Source of the DNA: Desulfatiglandales bacterium
Lineage (GTDB): Bacteria; Desulfobacterota; DSM-4660; Desulfatiglandales; Desulfatiglandaceae
DNA: 64,000 nt
Assembly: GCA_963666345.1 (NCBI GenBank)
Contig: OY762721.1
Coordinates: 3,584,001 to 3,648,000 of the forward strand
Direction: 5' to 3'
Positions 52,800-63,870 of the stretch are shown piece by piece. A program made the position numbers and the translations under genes. Positions within the stretch are counted from its first letter, which is position 1. Every line of letters begins with the position of its first letter. Below the pieces are notes generated by a model. That model was not told the origin of the DNA. It saw nothing but the letters and a program-made list of their open reading frames with translations, and did not search any database.

Positions 52800-53061
52800 T
52801 ACAATCACAGAACATACAGACTTATTAAAATAACTTTTAGAAGTGAAGCCAGTGTAAAAATATTTCATATAAATTAGGTATGAACTCTGTAAGTCATAAT
52901 AGTAATTTTTATAGTAGAAATGAGCAGTGATTAAGATAAATGTTACTTTGGTTTTATGATGAATATTAACAATAATTAGACTTGACTTTGTGATCTATGG
53001 ATATATGTCCAGATGATCAATATGGTGAGTCAGTTTAGAAAAGTAAAGATGTAGGTATGCA

Positions 53062-53880
53062 ATGAAGTTCTATGATTTAGAAAAAAGAAGTCCAATTCCG
53101 TTATATGTTCAGTTAGCTGATATTATTAAACGAAATATTCGTGAAGGCATTTTGAAGGAAAATGACCTAATTCCTTCTGAAGCACGCCTGATGGAAAAGT
53201 ATAAAATAAGTAGGATTACTGTAAGAAATGCCTTGCTCAGGCTTGAACATGACAGGGATATATTCAAGGTCCACGGACGAGGATCTTTTGTGGCTGCAAA
53301 AGAGAATATTATAATTACCTCGCCATTTTATTTCTTTAAAAGTCAGATGAGTAAATTAGGGATTGATATTACCGAGGAATTGATTGAATTCGAAAACGTT
53401 TATCCAACAGAAAGGGTTAGAAGTGAACTCAACCTCAAACCGGATGAGTTGGTCACAAAGGTAAAGCGAATAATGAAGATGGGCAATGAATCAATTGGCC
53501 TGAGAAGCTTTTTTGTGCCTCATAAGTTTGGAAATAAAATGAGATATGACGATGTAGAAAATCGTTCAATGCTAGATTATCTGAATGAGAATCCAGCAAC
53601 AAAAATAGCAAAAATGGAGGTTAAGGTTCAGGCTGCTGTAATCGCAGATGGTGATGCTGAAGTAATGGGCGTCGATAACAACAGCACTGTTTTAGTTCGC
53701 GGTGTAATATTTTGGACGCGGTTAGGTGTTCCTATCATGTCTGGAAGAGTTCTTTATTTGGCTCAGCATGCAATGTTTAAAATGCATCTTAATATTGAAA
53801 CTATTCCTATGGATGTTTCTGTTGAAGAAAGGCCCTTGGTAATTCCAGCGGAACATGATCAATTAGATATATTAAAATGA
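53062..53880 (+). CDS. GntR (HutC/UTRA) regulator
   Basis: PLYVQL, PSE..L...Y.ISR.TVR.AL, GRGSFV. Confidence 0.9.
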   Translation: MKFYDLEKRSPIPLYVQLADIIKRNIREGILKENDLIPSEARLMEKYKISRITVRNALLRLEHDRDIFKVHGRGSFVAAKENIIITSPFYFFKSQMSKLGIDITEELIEFENVYPTERVRSELNLKPDELVTKVKRIMKMGNESIGLRSFFVPHKFGNKMRYDDVENRSMLDYLNENPATKIAKMEVKVQAAVIADGDAEVMGVDNNSTVLVRGVIFWTRLGVPIMSGRVLYLAQHAMFKMHLNIETIPMDVSVEERPLVIPAEHDQLDILK

Positions 53881-53987
53881 TATTTTAATTTGTGAGAGCA
53901 TACACACAATTATTATGTGCTGACCAAACGGCTGCTTAAGGACACCATAATAATAAGTAAGAGTTAAGATGGGCCGGAGATAGTGAA

Positions 53988-55196
53988 ATGAAAAATGTAA
54001 TTTTACTGACAGTCGATGCATTGAGAAAAGATGCTTTGAATAATAGCTACAGTAGACGTCTTACGCCATTTTTGAAATCGATAGATAATCATATAATTAA
54101 GTTTGAAAATTGTTATTCCTCTGGGCCATATACACAAGCAGCTTTTCCCGGAATTCTGACTTCATCTTATTATCTGGAATACGGTAGACAGAAAGTGCTT
54201 TCCAAAAAGAGAGTTTTAGTTTCTGAAATACTTCAAAATAACGATATCGAAACAGCAGGCATACATTCAAATGCATATCTTTCAGATTATTTTGGATGGA
54301 ATAGAGGATGGGATTATTTTTATGATTCAATGGAAGACGAAGTTAATGAAAAACTTCCTTATATCGAAGCTAAAATGATAAACAAAAAAATAAATACATG
54401 GATAGAGAACAGAGATAAACCTGCGAAGCCATTTTTCCTTTGGGCTCATTATATGGATATTCATGAACCATATATTCCATCTAAAAATAGCCTTCAAGTT
54501 ATGAATGATTCTTTAAAATATGATGAAGATGAGATGCTTTCTTTGTTTACTGATGTTTTGTTAAAAAGGGATGTTTCCAATAAAACAAATGTTGAGAGTC
54601 TTCAGATGCTTTATCTGGCTCAACTAGTTGAACTTGACAGGGCAATTGAGGAGCTTTTCAAAAACTTAGAGGAAAATGGTTATCTGGAAAACACCGTTAT
54701 CATATTTACTTCCGATCATGGTGATGAATTCAACGAGCACGGTGGGTTGTCTCATGATGGTAAAATGTTCAATGAGCTATTAAGAGTCCCATTATTTGTA
54801 TATGACAAAGCTATTATGAAAAAAGAAATATGTGATACCCTTGTAACAACCGTTGATATACCACCAACAATTATAAAATTATTTGAACTAGAAGCAATCA
54901 AGAAGTTTGAAGGTGTTTCCCTTTTACCAACTTCAAACTATACAAATAAAGGAATATATAGTGAAGCAGTAGATAAACATGGAAGTCGAGAAACCGGTGA
55001 CGAAGAGGAAATATATTGCTATGTAGAAAACGGTTATAAACTTATTTATCAGGAATCAAATAAAGTTTGGAGATTGTATGATTTAAAAAAAGATCCGGAA
55101 GAAATGGAAAACATATTCGAAAAATCAGAGCGATCTGGGTATATGAAAGAAAAGTTAATCCCAAGGATTAAAAGATGGAAATATGACAGACAATGA
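53988..55196 (+). CDS. Sulfatase-like hydrolase 2 (Thr at the FGly position)
   Basis: NVILLTVDALR, YTQAAFPGILTS, HYMDIHEPY, TSDHG. Confidence 0.85.
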   Translation: MKNVILLTVDALRKDALNNSYSRRLTPFLKSIDNHIIKFENCYSSGPYTQAAFPGILTSSYYLEYGRQKVLSKKRVLVSEILQNNDIETAGIHSNAYLSDYFGWNRGWDYFYDSMEDEVNEKLPYIEAKMINKKINTWIENRDKPAKPFFLWAHYMDIHEPYIPSKNSLQVMNDSLKYDEDEMLSLFTDVLLKRDVSNKTNVESLQMLYLAQLVELDRAIEELFKNLEENGYLENTVIIFTSDHGDEFNEHGGLSHDGKMFNELLRVPLFVYDKAIMKKEICDTLVTTVDIPPTIIKLFELEAIKKFEGVSLLPTSNYTNKGIYSEAVDKHGSRETGDEEEIYCYVENGYKLIYQESNKVWRLYDLKKDPEEMENIFEKSERSGYMKEKLIPRIKRWKYDRQ

Positions 55197-55235
55197 TAGG
55201 TAGTGATTGATTTATTAGCAATCCTGGAGGGCAAG

Positions 55236-56678
55236 ATGAATAAAACTCAAAAAATGACTTCTGGCAATCGCATCCTTTCCAGCGAACAAGTCGAAAAGGT
55301 CCATGAGTACTCAATAGAACTTCTTGAAAAGGTTGGAGTTTGGGTGCAGAGTGAGGAAGCCCTGCATGTTTTAAAAAAATCAGGATGTGATGTTGAAGAT
55401 GCGAAACGTGTAAAGATCTCAAGGAAATTGATTGAGCAGGCAATAGAATCGTCACCTGAAAAAATTGATGTTTTTAATCATAAAGGTGATCTTGTTATGG
55501 AGCTCAGGGAGGACCAGTGTTTTTATGGAACCGGTTCCGATTGCCCAACTCATATAGATATAAATTCTGGTGAAAGAAGAGAAACCACCAAGAATGATGT
55601 CGAGGAACTGACTAGGTTTTGTGACGCCCTACCTAATATTGACTTTTGTATGTCTTACGCGATCGCTTCTGACTCCCCTAAGGGAGGGAATTTTGTCCAT
55701 CAGTATGAAGCAATGCTATTGAATACGGATAAGCCAATAATTGTCACGGGGCATGGACGTAGTGATATGAAGACCATGGTGGATATGGCCGCCGCAAGAA
55801 TCGGAGGTTATGATAAGTTGAAGAATAAACCTCCATTGGTATTGTATTCAGAGCCGATGTCCCCTTTAATTCATACAGATATGGGAATTAGTAAATGTTT
55901 CGTATGTGCTGAATATGGAGTCCCGTTCATCTATATTGGAAGCCCATTTATGGGTGGAAATGGTCCAGTAACCCTGCCTGGAGTTTTGGTACAGGCGAAT
56001 GCCGAATGCCTCTCAGGTTTAGTAATTTGTCAATGTAAGCATCCAGGTGCAAAGTTTGTCTATGGTGGTGATGTCACCTCAATGGATATGAAAACTTCAA
56101 TCTTCGCCTATGGTGCTCCAGAATTGAATTTGTTAAATGCAGCTTTGTCAGATTTGGCGCATTATTATAAGCTTCCTCTATTTTGTATTGGAGGTGCCAC
56201 TGATTCCAGCAAACTTGATGCTCAAGCTGGAGTAGAATATGCACTATCAATTTATCTGGCTACCCTCAATGGGTGCAACATAATTCATGACTGTGGGTAT
56301 TTAGAAGCTGGGCTTACTTCAAGTTTTGAGTCAGTTCTTTTTGCGAATGAAGTGATTGATATGGTGAAATATATGCTACAGCCAATTGAAATAAATGATA
56401 AAACCGTACCGCTTGAAATGATGGACAGAGTAGGTCCTGGGGGAAGCTTTATTACTGAACCACACACAGCAGAAAACTTCAAAAAGACATTATGGATTCC
56501 GAAATTGATGGACAGATCAAGATTCAATGCTTCTGATATAGAGAAAAATAAGGATATGTTATCCCGATTAAATCATAAGGCGAAAGAGATAATCAAGTCG
56601 CATAAAGGACCATATATTCCAGAAGCTGTTATTGCCAAAATTGCAAAACTTGTCGAAGCGCATGTTCCAGATATTTAA
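55236..56678 (+). CDS. MttB-superfamily methyltransferase, non-pyrrolysine
   Basis: SPL, GPVTLPG.L.Q.NAE, YGAPE, DAQAG.E, VGPGG; no in-frame TAG. Confidence 0.88.
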   Translation: MNKTQKMTSGNRILSSEQVEKVHEYSIELLEKVGVWVQSEEALHVLKKSGCDVEDAKRVKISRKLIEQAIESSPEKIDVFNHKGDLVMELREDQCFYGTGSDCPTHIDINSGERRETTKNDVEELTRFCDALPNIDFCMSYAIASDSPKGGNFVHQYEAMLLNTDKPIIVTGHGRSDMKTMVDMAAARIGGYDKLKNKPPLVLYSEPMSPLIHTDMGISKCFVCAEYGVPFIYIGSPFMGGNGPVTLPGVLVQANAECLSGLVICQCKHPGAKFVYGGDVTSMDMKTSIFAYGAPELNLLNAALSDLAHYYKLPLFCIGGATDSSKLDAQAGVEYALSIYLATLNGCNIIHDCGYLEAGLTSSFESVLFANEVIDMVKYMLQPIEINDKTVPLEMMDRVGPGGSFITEPHTAENFKKTLWIPKLMDRSRFNASDIEKNKDMLSRLNHKAKEIIKSHKGPYIPEAVIAKIAKLVEAHVPDI

Positions 56679-56786
56679 TTTTGAAGCAGGCGATGCTCAC
56701 TAGATAAAAAGTTCTATAAGAACTGAATCTTCAAAAATCTAATGATAAAGTGGTAACCTTAAAGGTTTTATAATGTGGAGGTTTTT

Positions 56787-57434
56787 ATGAATAGTGCCGA
56801 GATATGCAATGATGTGATAGCGAATAATTCAGAGAAACTAGTGGTAGATATTAGAAAAGGACTAGAATTAGGTTTAAGCCCTGATGATATCTTGAATGAA
56901 GGATTGATTAAGGCTATGGATATTGTAGGCGTAAAATATTCAGAAGGTGAACTGTTTGTTCCTGAGATGTTGCAAGCAGCAATCACCATGAAGCAAGGGC
57001 TAAATATTTTAAAACCAATGCTAGTTGATTCTGGAGCTTCTGAAAAATGCAAAATTGTGATTGGTAGTGTTAAAGGAGATCTTCATGATATCGGCAAAAA
57101 TTTGGTTGCAATGATGTTGGAAGGAGCTGGATTTGAAGTGTTTGATTTAGGAGTTGATGTAACACCTGAAAAGTTTGTTAATAAAGTTGCTGAACATCAA
57201 GCACAAATTTGTGCAATGTCAGCTCTTTTGACGACTACAATGCCAGGAATGAGAGACACTATAAATCTTATAAAAAAGGAATTTGATGATAGCTCAGTAA
57301 AAACTGTTATTGGTGGAGCGCCGGTATCCCAAAAATATGCAGATGATATTGGAGCTGATTGCTTTGCCTCAGATGCGGTTGCAGCTGTTGATGCAGTAAA
57401 GGAGATAATGAATATTAGTAAGTCATTACAATGA
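56787..57434 (+). CDS. Corrinoid (cobalamin-binding) protein
   Basis: FVPEML, GDLHDIGKN, SALLTTT, GGAP. Confidence 0.92.
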   Translation: MNSAEICNDVIANNSEKLVVDIRKGLELGLSPDDILNEGLIKAMDIVGVKYSEGELFVPEMLQAAITMKQGLNILKPMLVDSGASEKCKIVIGSVKGDLHDIGKNLVAMMLEGAGFEVFDLGVDVTPEKFVNKVAEHQAQICAMSALLTTTMPGMRDTINLIKKEFDDSSVKTVIGGAPVSQKYADDIGADCFASDAVAAVDAVKEIMNISKSLQ

Positions 57435-57522
57435 TATAATTAAATTATAACAGATAGATCTCATTGAGAAATATGATAAATATAGTATTGGCAACTTATT
57501 TTTAACAGTGAGGAGAATGTTA

Positions 57523-58350
57523 ATGCTCGAAAAAAATAGAATTACAGATTTGGAAGATAAAATTGAAAAAGCAAAAGAAATATTTGATGAGGCTTTCAAA
57601 CGATTTTCTTCTGATGATATGAGAATTATTTGGTCGGGTGGAAAAGACAGCACACTTACTCTTTGGATTTGTTGTGAATACTGCAAAGAGAAGAGCCTCC
57701 AGTTACCTAAAGTGTTTACTATAGATGAGGGAGATAGCTTTGATGAGATTGAGAACTTTCTTAAAAAATATGAAAATGAATGGAAATTGAATCTTGACTG
57801 GGGAATAAATAGAGATGTCTTGGAGGCCTGTGGTTACCGGTTAAATGGAGATGTTAAAGTTAATGAACTCAATGAAAGAAATAGAGCTGAGATAAAACGC
57901 ATTGGCTTTGATTTAGAGTCGTTTCCATTTGAGGCAGAATCCTATGTGGGAAATCATTTAATGAAAACTGTAGTGTTTAATACCTATCTTGAAAGTAATG
58001 GTATAGAAGCCGTGTTCCAAGGCCTTCGGTGGGATGAACAACCTGCAAGAAAAAACGATCCGTACACAGAAGAAGTGGCTGGTGGTGAGATGACACCCCC
58101 GCATGTAAGATATCGACCTATTCTTCACTTTACAGAGAGAGATGTGTGGGATACCACTTTTCATTTTAAAATTCCTTTCTGCAAACTATATGAAGAAGGA
58201 TACCGTTCGCTCGGTGCGAAGACTACTAGTCAAAAATCATCTAATAACCCAGCATGGGAACAGGATCTGGAAAATACAGTGGAGCGTGCAGGAAGGCGCC
58301 AGGATAAAGAAAAAACCATGGCTCGACTGAGAATGCTAGGCTATATGTAA
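57523..58350 (+). CDS. PAPS-reductase-family protein, CysD-like
   Basis: WSGGKDS, GLRWDE, GYRSLG, ER.GR.QDKE..M..L..LGY; lacks the CysH CC and ECG motifs. Confidence 0.75.
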   Translation: MLEKNRITDLEDKIEKAKEIFDEAFKRFSSDDMRIIWSGGKDSTLTLWICCEYCKEKSLQLPKVFTIDEGDSFDEIENFLKKYENEWKLNLDWGINRDVLEACGYRLNGDVKVNELNERNRAEIKRIGFDLESFPFEAESYVGNHLMKTVVFNTYLESNGIEAVFQGLRWDEQPARKNDPYTEEVAGGEMTPPHVRYRPILHFTERDVWDTTFHFKIPFCKLYEEGYRSLGAKTTSQKSSNNPAWEQDLENTVERAGRRQDKEKTMARLRMLGYM

Positions 58351-58404
58351 TTAAACTATTTTAATAAAAACAGCCGATCTGTAGAAGGGATTGAAAAACA
58401 TTAG

Positions 58405-58893
58405 ATGAACGCAGAAAAGGTGGTATATAAAGTGTTCAACGAATTAAATATAACTTTCGTTGTGCATGAACATCCACCTGTTTATACAGTTGAAGAAGCA
58501 CAGAGATATGCAAGCCAGATAGAAGGTATGCATTGTAAGAATCTGTTCCTGAGAAACAAAAAGGGCAGTCAGCATTATCTTCTCACTTCAAAGCATGACA
58601 GATCGATAAAACTGGATTATGTTGCAAAAAGCCTTGGTGAAAAGCACTTAAGCTTTGCATCTGAAGAGCGGCTCTTCAGATATCTAGGTGTTAAAACAGG
58701 TAGCGTTTCTCCTTTAGCTCTTATAAACGACAAGGACCTTGGCACGATTCTTTTAATAGATAACTCCTTCCAATCAAAGCCTAAACTAAATTTTCACCCC
58801 AATGTTAATGATAAGACTGTGACTATTTCCTTTGAAGATTTTATGAAATTTATCAACCATTGTGGAAATCGATTTCACATCTTTCAATTTTGA
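58405..58893 (+). CDS. ProX/YbaK aminoacyl-tRNA editing domain protein
   Basis: HPPVYTVEE, KNLFL, GSVSP, FHPN. Confidence 0.88.
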   Translation: MNAEKVVYKVFNELNITFVVHEHPPVYTVEEAQRYASQIEGMHCKNLFLRNKKGSQHYLLTSKHDRSIKLDYVAKSLGEKHLSFASEERLFRYLGVKTGSVSPLALINDKDLGTILLIDNSFQSKPKLNFHPNVNDKTVTISFEDFMKFINHCGNRFHIFQF

Positions 58894-58973
58894 TCAATTG
58901 GCGACTTCAGCAGAGATTTGAAAAGCATACTTCGTTGATCCTGATGATGAATTATTGATAGAAGGAACTAAAA

Positions 58974-60008
58974 ATGGAAAAGATGAAAGCGCTTGTAAAA
59001 GCAAAACCTGAGCCTGGGTTATGGCTTGAAGAGGTAGAGGTTCCTGATATCGGGATAAATGATGTACTCATCAAGATAGAAAAGACCGCAATATGCGGAA
59101 CCGATGTCCATATATACAACTGGAACGACTGGGCAAAAAAAACTATCCCGGTCCCAATGCAAACGGGACATGAGTTCGTGGGACGCATCGCTGAAATCGG
59201 AGCGAATGTTCACGATTTTAAACCCGGCGATCTTGTATCGGGCGAGGGCCACGTTGTATGCGGCCGCTGCAGAAACTGCCTTGCAGGCCGCAGGCACCTG
59301 TGTATGAACACAAGCGGAGTCGGAGTCAACAGACCTGGTGCCTTTGCCGAATATCTCTCGATTCCGGTTACCAATGTATGGTACTGCGATCCTAAGATTC
59401 CCACAGATATCATTTCATGTTTCGACCCCCTGGGAAATGCGACTCATACGGCCCTTTCCTTTGATCTTCTGGGAGAAGACGTGCTTATTACAGGAGCAGG
59501 TCCCATCGGATGTATGGCAACGGCAATCGCAAGGCACGCCGGTGCCAGGTATGTGGTGGTTACCGACATAAATGAATACCGCCTTGAGCTTGGCAGAAAA
59601 ATGGGAGCGACTCTTGCCATAAACGTGAGTCATGAGAAAATAGAAGAGGCTCAGAAACGGCTCTGCATGAAGGAAGGATTCGACGTAGGTCTCGAGATGT
59701 CGGGTAACCCCGCGGCCCTCACCTCCATGCTTGAAAACATGTGTCACGGCGGAAAGATCGCCATGCTCGGGCTCATGCCTGACAACACCCCCATAAACTG
59801 GGACCTGGTCGTGTTCAACGGAATTACCATCAAGGGCATCTACGGAAGGGAGATGTATGAAACCTGGTACAAGATGACCTCCATGATTCAGACCGGTCTG
59901 GACATATCACCTGTTATTACCCATCATTTCCCATACACTGAATTCAGAGACGGGTTTGAGGTTATGAGATCGGGTAATTCAGGCAAAGTCATACTTAATT
60001 GGGAATAG
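58974..60008 (+). CDS. tdh: L-threonine 3-dehydrogenase
   Basis: [31 protein letters not shown]. Confidence 0.95.
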   Translation: MEKMKALVKAKPEPGLWLEEVEVPDIGINDVLIKIEKTAICGTDVHIYNWNDWAKKTIPVPMQTGHEFVGRIAEIGANVHDFKPGDLVSGEGHVVCGRCRNCLAGRRHLCMNTSGVGVNRPGAFAEYLSIPVTNVWYCDPKIPTDIISCFDPLGNATHTALSFDLLGEDVLITGAGPIGCMATAIARHAGARYVVVTDINEYRLELGRKMGATLAINVSHEKIEEAQKRLCMKEGFDVGLEMSGNPAALTSMLENMCHGGKIAMLGLMPDNTPINWDLVVFNGITIKGIYGREMYETWYKMTSMIQTGLDISPVITHHFPYTEFRDGFEVMRSGNSGKVILNWE

Positions 60009-60031
60009 AGGATATATAGGCGAAGATTTTG

Positions 60032-61942
60032 ATGAGTACTGAGAAGCTGGATACAGCATTAGACAGAGAGATTGAAATCCTGCAACAAGAAGGCCGTGCC
60101 AAACCTCCCGAAAGGATCATTACCGACTACATCGCTCCGAGCGGCAAAAATGGCCCCAGATATAGATTGAATGGGGTTGATGGTCAGTTTTATCAGGATG
60201 AATTCGAACAGCTATCTTTCCCTTTCAAACCACGAGGACCTGGCAGAAGCCGCCGATATCGCAACAAAGAGGTTCGGGGTGGGTCCCGGAGCGGTCAGAT
60301 TCATCGACGGGACGTTCGAAGCCCATATTACCCTTGAAAAACGAATCGCCCGGTTTGTGAAAAAGCCATGTGCAAAGATCTTCAATTCGGCCTACACCTC
60401 AAACTGCGGACTGGCCCTGGCCATTTCAAACAAAAAAACCTTCTGGGTAGGCGACCAGCTCAACCACAACAGTATTATCAGGGCGATGAGGATCGCAAAC
60501 ATCCCTGGCGCAAACAAAAAAATCTATGAACACAACAACATGCACTCCCTTGAGGAATGCCTCACTCAGGTACCGGAGGAGGCGGAAAGGGTGATAATCA
60601 TCTTTGACGGCATATTCAGCATGCGCGGGGACTATGCACCGATAGATGAGATACAGAAAACCGCCCTTCGCTTTGACGACAAATTCAAAGAAGGAGTGAT
60701 AACGGTTGTCGACGACTCACACGGTATAGGCGCATACGGACAAACCGGAAGGGGTACGGCCGAATACTCAGGCGCCAGTCCTGACGTGATAATAGGAACA
60801 TTCGGAAAGGCGTTCGGGGTAAACGGCGGTTTTATCGCGGCTAGCGACAGTGTTATAGAGGCGGTCAGACAGAAGGCGGACACATATATCTATACCAATC
60901 CTCTTGGTGTGGCTGATTGTGCCGCTGCCATAAAGGCGATAGACATCTGCGACAGCGCCGAAGGAGCAGGGCTTTTGCTGAACCTGAGGGAAAGGATCAC
61001 ACAATTCAGAAATGGAATAGAAGGATTGGGTCTTGAATCTATCCCAGGTCCTCATCCGGTTGTTCCGGTGCTTGTAAGGGATACGGATAAGGCGCACAGC
61101 ATGGTCAGGTTTCTCTTTGAGAGCGCCGATTAAAACCGGCAAGAAGTAGGGACTGAAAGTGTCCCATGATGAAGGGTTAGCCACCCGCATCAGCCTTGAG
61201 TCATGCGCTGGCAATGGTAACATTGTCGGCGAAGCATTGACAGGGGAAAGTGCAGGCTGAGTATTGAGCCTCGTAATAGACATAAACCCAAGCGCCGATG
61301 TGCTTCAAAGACACAGAAGGCAGTATCTGCAGGTCCGATATGGTGAGGAGATGCAGGGCTTGGCGGGGTCGGAGACCTCATACATGCACGGAAGCTTGTT
61401 GCGCGGGAATCGGGAGGCCCTGTAACTGGCCTTGATTAGATTGCAAAAGGTCCGTACTGAAAATCCCAAGGGAGTAAAGCAGTAATGAATGGTTACAGGG
61501 AGTCTGACAGCCCCATAGTATCTAGGAAGCCTTCGAACAAGACAGGCGACAACAAGTCTGAGGCGGAGAAGGTGGAGAAAAGGGGGTTGGCCAAGGGGAA
61601 TTCGGTAGAGCGAAACAAGGGCCGGGCACTGAACCGGGGAACCTTGCAAAGTGAGCTTACGAGAATACGGCAGAGTATGTTTACCAATAACTTTGTGCGT
61701 CATTACCCGAGGCAGGAGAGCAGTGCATTAGCAGTGCACGTCACGCCAGCGGCGTGATGCGGGGGGTGCCGAGCAATCGGCATTCCTACCGCGATCAGGG
61801 AATTCTTGTTGTCGGACTCACTTTTCCCGTTGTTCCCAAGGGTGATGAAACCTTGAGATTCCAGCTCAACGCGGCCCACACAGAGGCCGATGTCGACTAT
61901 GTGCTTAACATGATTTCCGAAGTGCTGAAACAGGAAGGATGA
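60032..61942 (+). pseudogene. kbl: 2-amino-3-ketobutyrate CoA ligase, frameshifted and intron-interrupted
   Basis: NSNSYL, DDSHG, TFGKA, FPVVPKG...RFQ; extra T at 60188-60191; intron at 61121-61795. Confidence 0.85.
61121..61795 (+). ncRNA. ORF-less group II intron (IIB-like), degenerate
   Basis: 5' GAGCG (consensus GTGCG); GAGTCTGACAGCCCCATAGTA D1-D3-type motifs; RT start and end fused; partial D5; D6 GGGGGTGCCGAGCAATCGGCATTCCTACCGCGAT. Confidence 0.85.
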
Positions 61943-61971
61943 ACACTAATCGTTAATTTAGTGATAGTCAT

Positions 61972-62600
61972 ATACCTCCGGCATAGCCGGAGGCTTGAAA
62001 TATGTGAACCGCTCAAAGCGGTTGTAAAATCAAGGGCCACCTCAAAGGTGGCGGCTATTTAATATAAACTGAGTTGATCGAGTCTTCGATCCTCTCTTTC
62101 TTGTTCTTTGATATATTTGCGGATTGAATCCTCATCTTTACCTACAGTTGAAACATGGAAACCCCTGGCCCAAAACTTTTGACCTGTAAAATTCTTTCTG
62201 CGGCCAAAATACTGTCTCGCAATATGGATGGCACTTTTCCCCTTGATGAACCCTACCACTTGTGAAACCGAATATTTTGGTGGTATAGACAGCAACATAT
62301 GCGCGTGATCCGGCATCATATGGCCTTCCAACACTTCACAGTCTCGCCTCTTCGCCAGTTCATGGAAAACTTCACCCAAGTATTTACGCAAATCACCATA
62401 CATCTCCTTTTTTCGGTATTTCGGTATCCATGTTAGATGATATTTGCATTCCCATTTCGTATGACTTAAGCTGTTTACGTTGTTCATTGAAAGCCTCTCT
62501 TTCTGTGAATTTTGAGCGGTTCACTTTAGAGGGGCTTTCATATATTCCCGGAATTGTCAAACTCTGGGAGTCTCCCCGGCACAGCCGGGGGTTTACCCTG
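61972..62600 (-). mobile_element. IS200/IS605-family element (tnpA only)
   Basis: Subterminal hairpins CCTCCGGC-ata-GCCGGAGG and CCCCGGC-aca-GCCGGGG; end positions approximate. Confidence 0.85.
62059..62487 (-). CDS. tnpA: IS200 Y1 transposase
   Basis: YHL.W.PKYR, DHAHML, KGKS, FWARG, YI..Q. Confidence 0.95.
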   Translation of the reverse strand: MNNVNSLSHTKWECKYHLTWIPKYRKKEMYGDLRKYLGEVFHELAKRRDCEVLEGHMMPDHAHMLLSIPPKYSVSQVVGFIKGKSAIHIARQYFGRRKNFTGQKFWARGFHVSTVGKDEDSIRKYIKEQEREDRRLDQLSLY

Positions 62601-62703
62601 GATTAATTAGTTGTATTTTAGGCGTTTTGAAATTAATGATATTGGCAAGTTTGAGCTATGTTTTATTATTGAAAGTGCGAAGAATGGAATTGGAGCTTAA
62701 AAA

Positions 62704-63870
62704 ATGGATCATCTTATTGAACCTCATGGAGAGAAAGAACAGTTAATGCCACTCTGTCTGGAGGGAAAAGACTGTAAGAATGAGATAAAAAAGGCAAACA
62801 GTCTAAGAAAAATGAGAATTACGTCACGGGAAACCTGTGATATTATAATGATGGGAATTGGTGCTTTTAGTCCTTTAGCAGGTTTTATGAATAAACTTGA
62901 TTGGGAAGGGGTTTGTGATGATTTCACTATGTCAGATGGGACTTTTTGGCCTATTCCCATTACTCTTTCGACAGATGACGAAGTTATCCGGGAAGGAGAC
63001 GAAATTTCGCTCGTAGATGATGAGTCTAACACAATTGTCGCCACGATGAGGATATCGGAAAAATATTGTATTGATAAGGTGCATGAATGCCAACGTATTT
63101 ATTATACTACGGATCAACAACACCCTGGTGTCGCTAAGGTAATTTCGCAAGGAAAATACAATCTTGGTGGGCCGGTAAAAGTAGTGAGCGAAGGTTTATA
63201 TCCAGACCAATTCAAGGGTATTTATCAAACGCCTATGGAGGCTAGGGAAATATTTAACAGGTTTGGTTGGAAACGGGTATCAGCTATGCAATTGCGAAAT
63301 CCTATGCATCGTTCCCATGAGTATTTGGCAAAGATAGCGTTAGAGATTTCGGATGGAATATATATTCATCAACCCCTTGGTAAGCTAAAAGATGGTGATA
63401 TCCCTGCAAATGTTCGCGTAAAAGCTGTGCAGGCAGTATTGGATAATTATTTTGCAAAAGGAACTACCATTCAAGGGGGTTACCCGATGGAGATGCGTTA
63501 CGCTGGGCCTAGGGAAGCCCTTTTGCACGCTATCATTCGTCAGAATTATGGTTGCAGCAATCTGGTAATTGGGCGAGACCACGCAGGTGTAGGCAGTTAT
63601 TATGGTCCCTTTGATTCCCAGCGAATATTTGATGAAATCCCAAGGGGAGCATTAAAGTGCAAAAATCTTAATATTGATGTGTCATTTTATTGCTATAAAT
63701 GTGGTACCATGGCTTCAGTTAAAACTTGTCCTCATGGCAAGGAAAATCATCTCATCTTGTCTGGAACAAAAGTGAGGGAAATATTGTCCCGAGGTGGTAA
63801 GTTACCTCCAGAATTTTCAAGACCTGAAGTTGTAGAGATTTTAGAACAATATTACAAGGGTATTTCGTAG
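62704..63870 (+). CDS. sat: Sulfate adenylyltransferase
   Basis: [34 protein letters not shown]. Confidence 0.95.
   Translation: MDHLIEPHGEKEQLMPLCLEGKDCKNEIKKANSLRKMRITSRETCDIIMMGIGAFSPLAGFMNKLDWEGVCDDFTMSDGTFWPIPITLSTDDEVIREGDEISLVDDESNTIVATMRISEKYCIDKVHECQRIYYTTDQQHPGVAKVISQGKYNLGGPVKVVSEGLYPDQFKGIYQTPMEAREIFNRFGWKRVSAMQLRNPMHRSHEYLAKIALEISDGIYIHQPLGKLKDGDIPANVRVKAVQAVLDNYFAKGTTIQGGYPMEMRYAGPREALLHAIIRQNYGCSNLVIGRDHAGVGSYYGPFDSQRIFDEIPRGALKCKNLNIDVSFYCYKCGTMASVKTCPHGKENHLILSGTKVREILSRGGKLPPEFSRPEVVEILEQYYKGIS

Noticed and set aside
55236..56678. Pyrrolysine-containing MttB
   Set aside because: Full-length frame with no internal TAG, and no pyl genes in the window.
61305..61757. ORFs inside the intron; RT, retron or DGR
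   Set aside because: No YADD or other RT motifs. These are intron RNA and shadow frames, and no template/variable repeat pair was seen.
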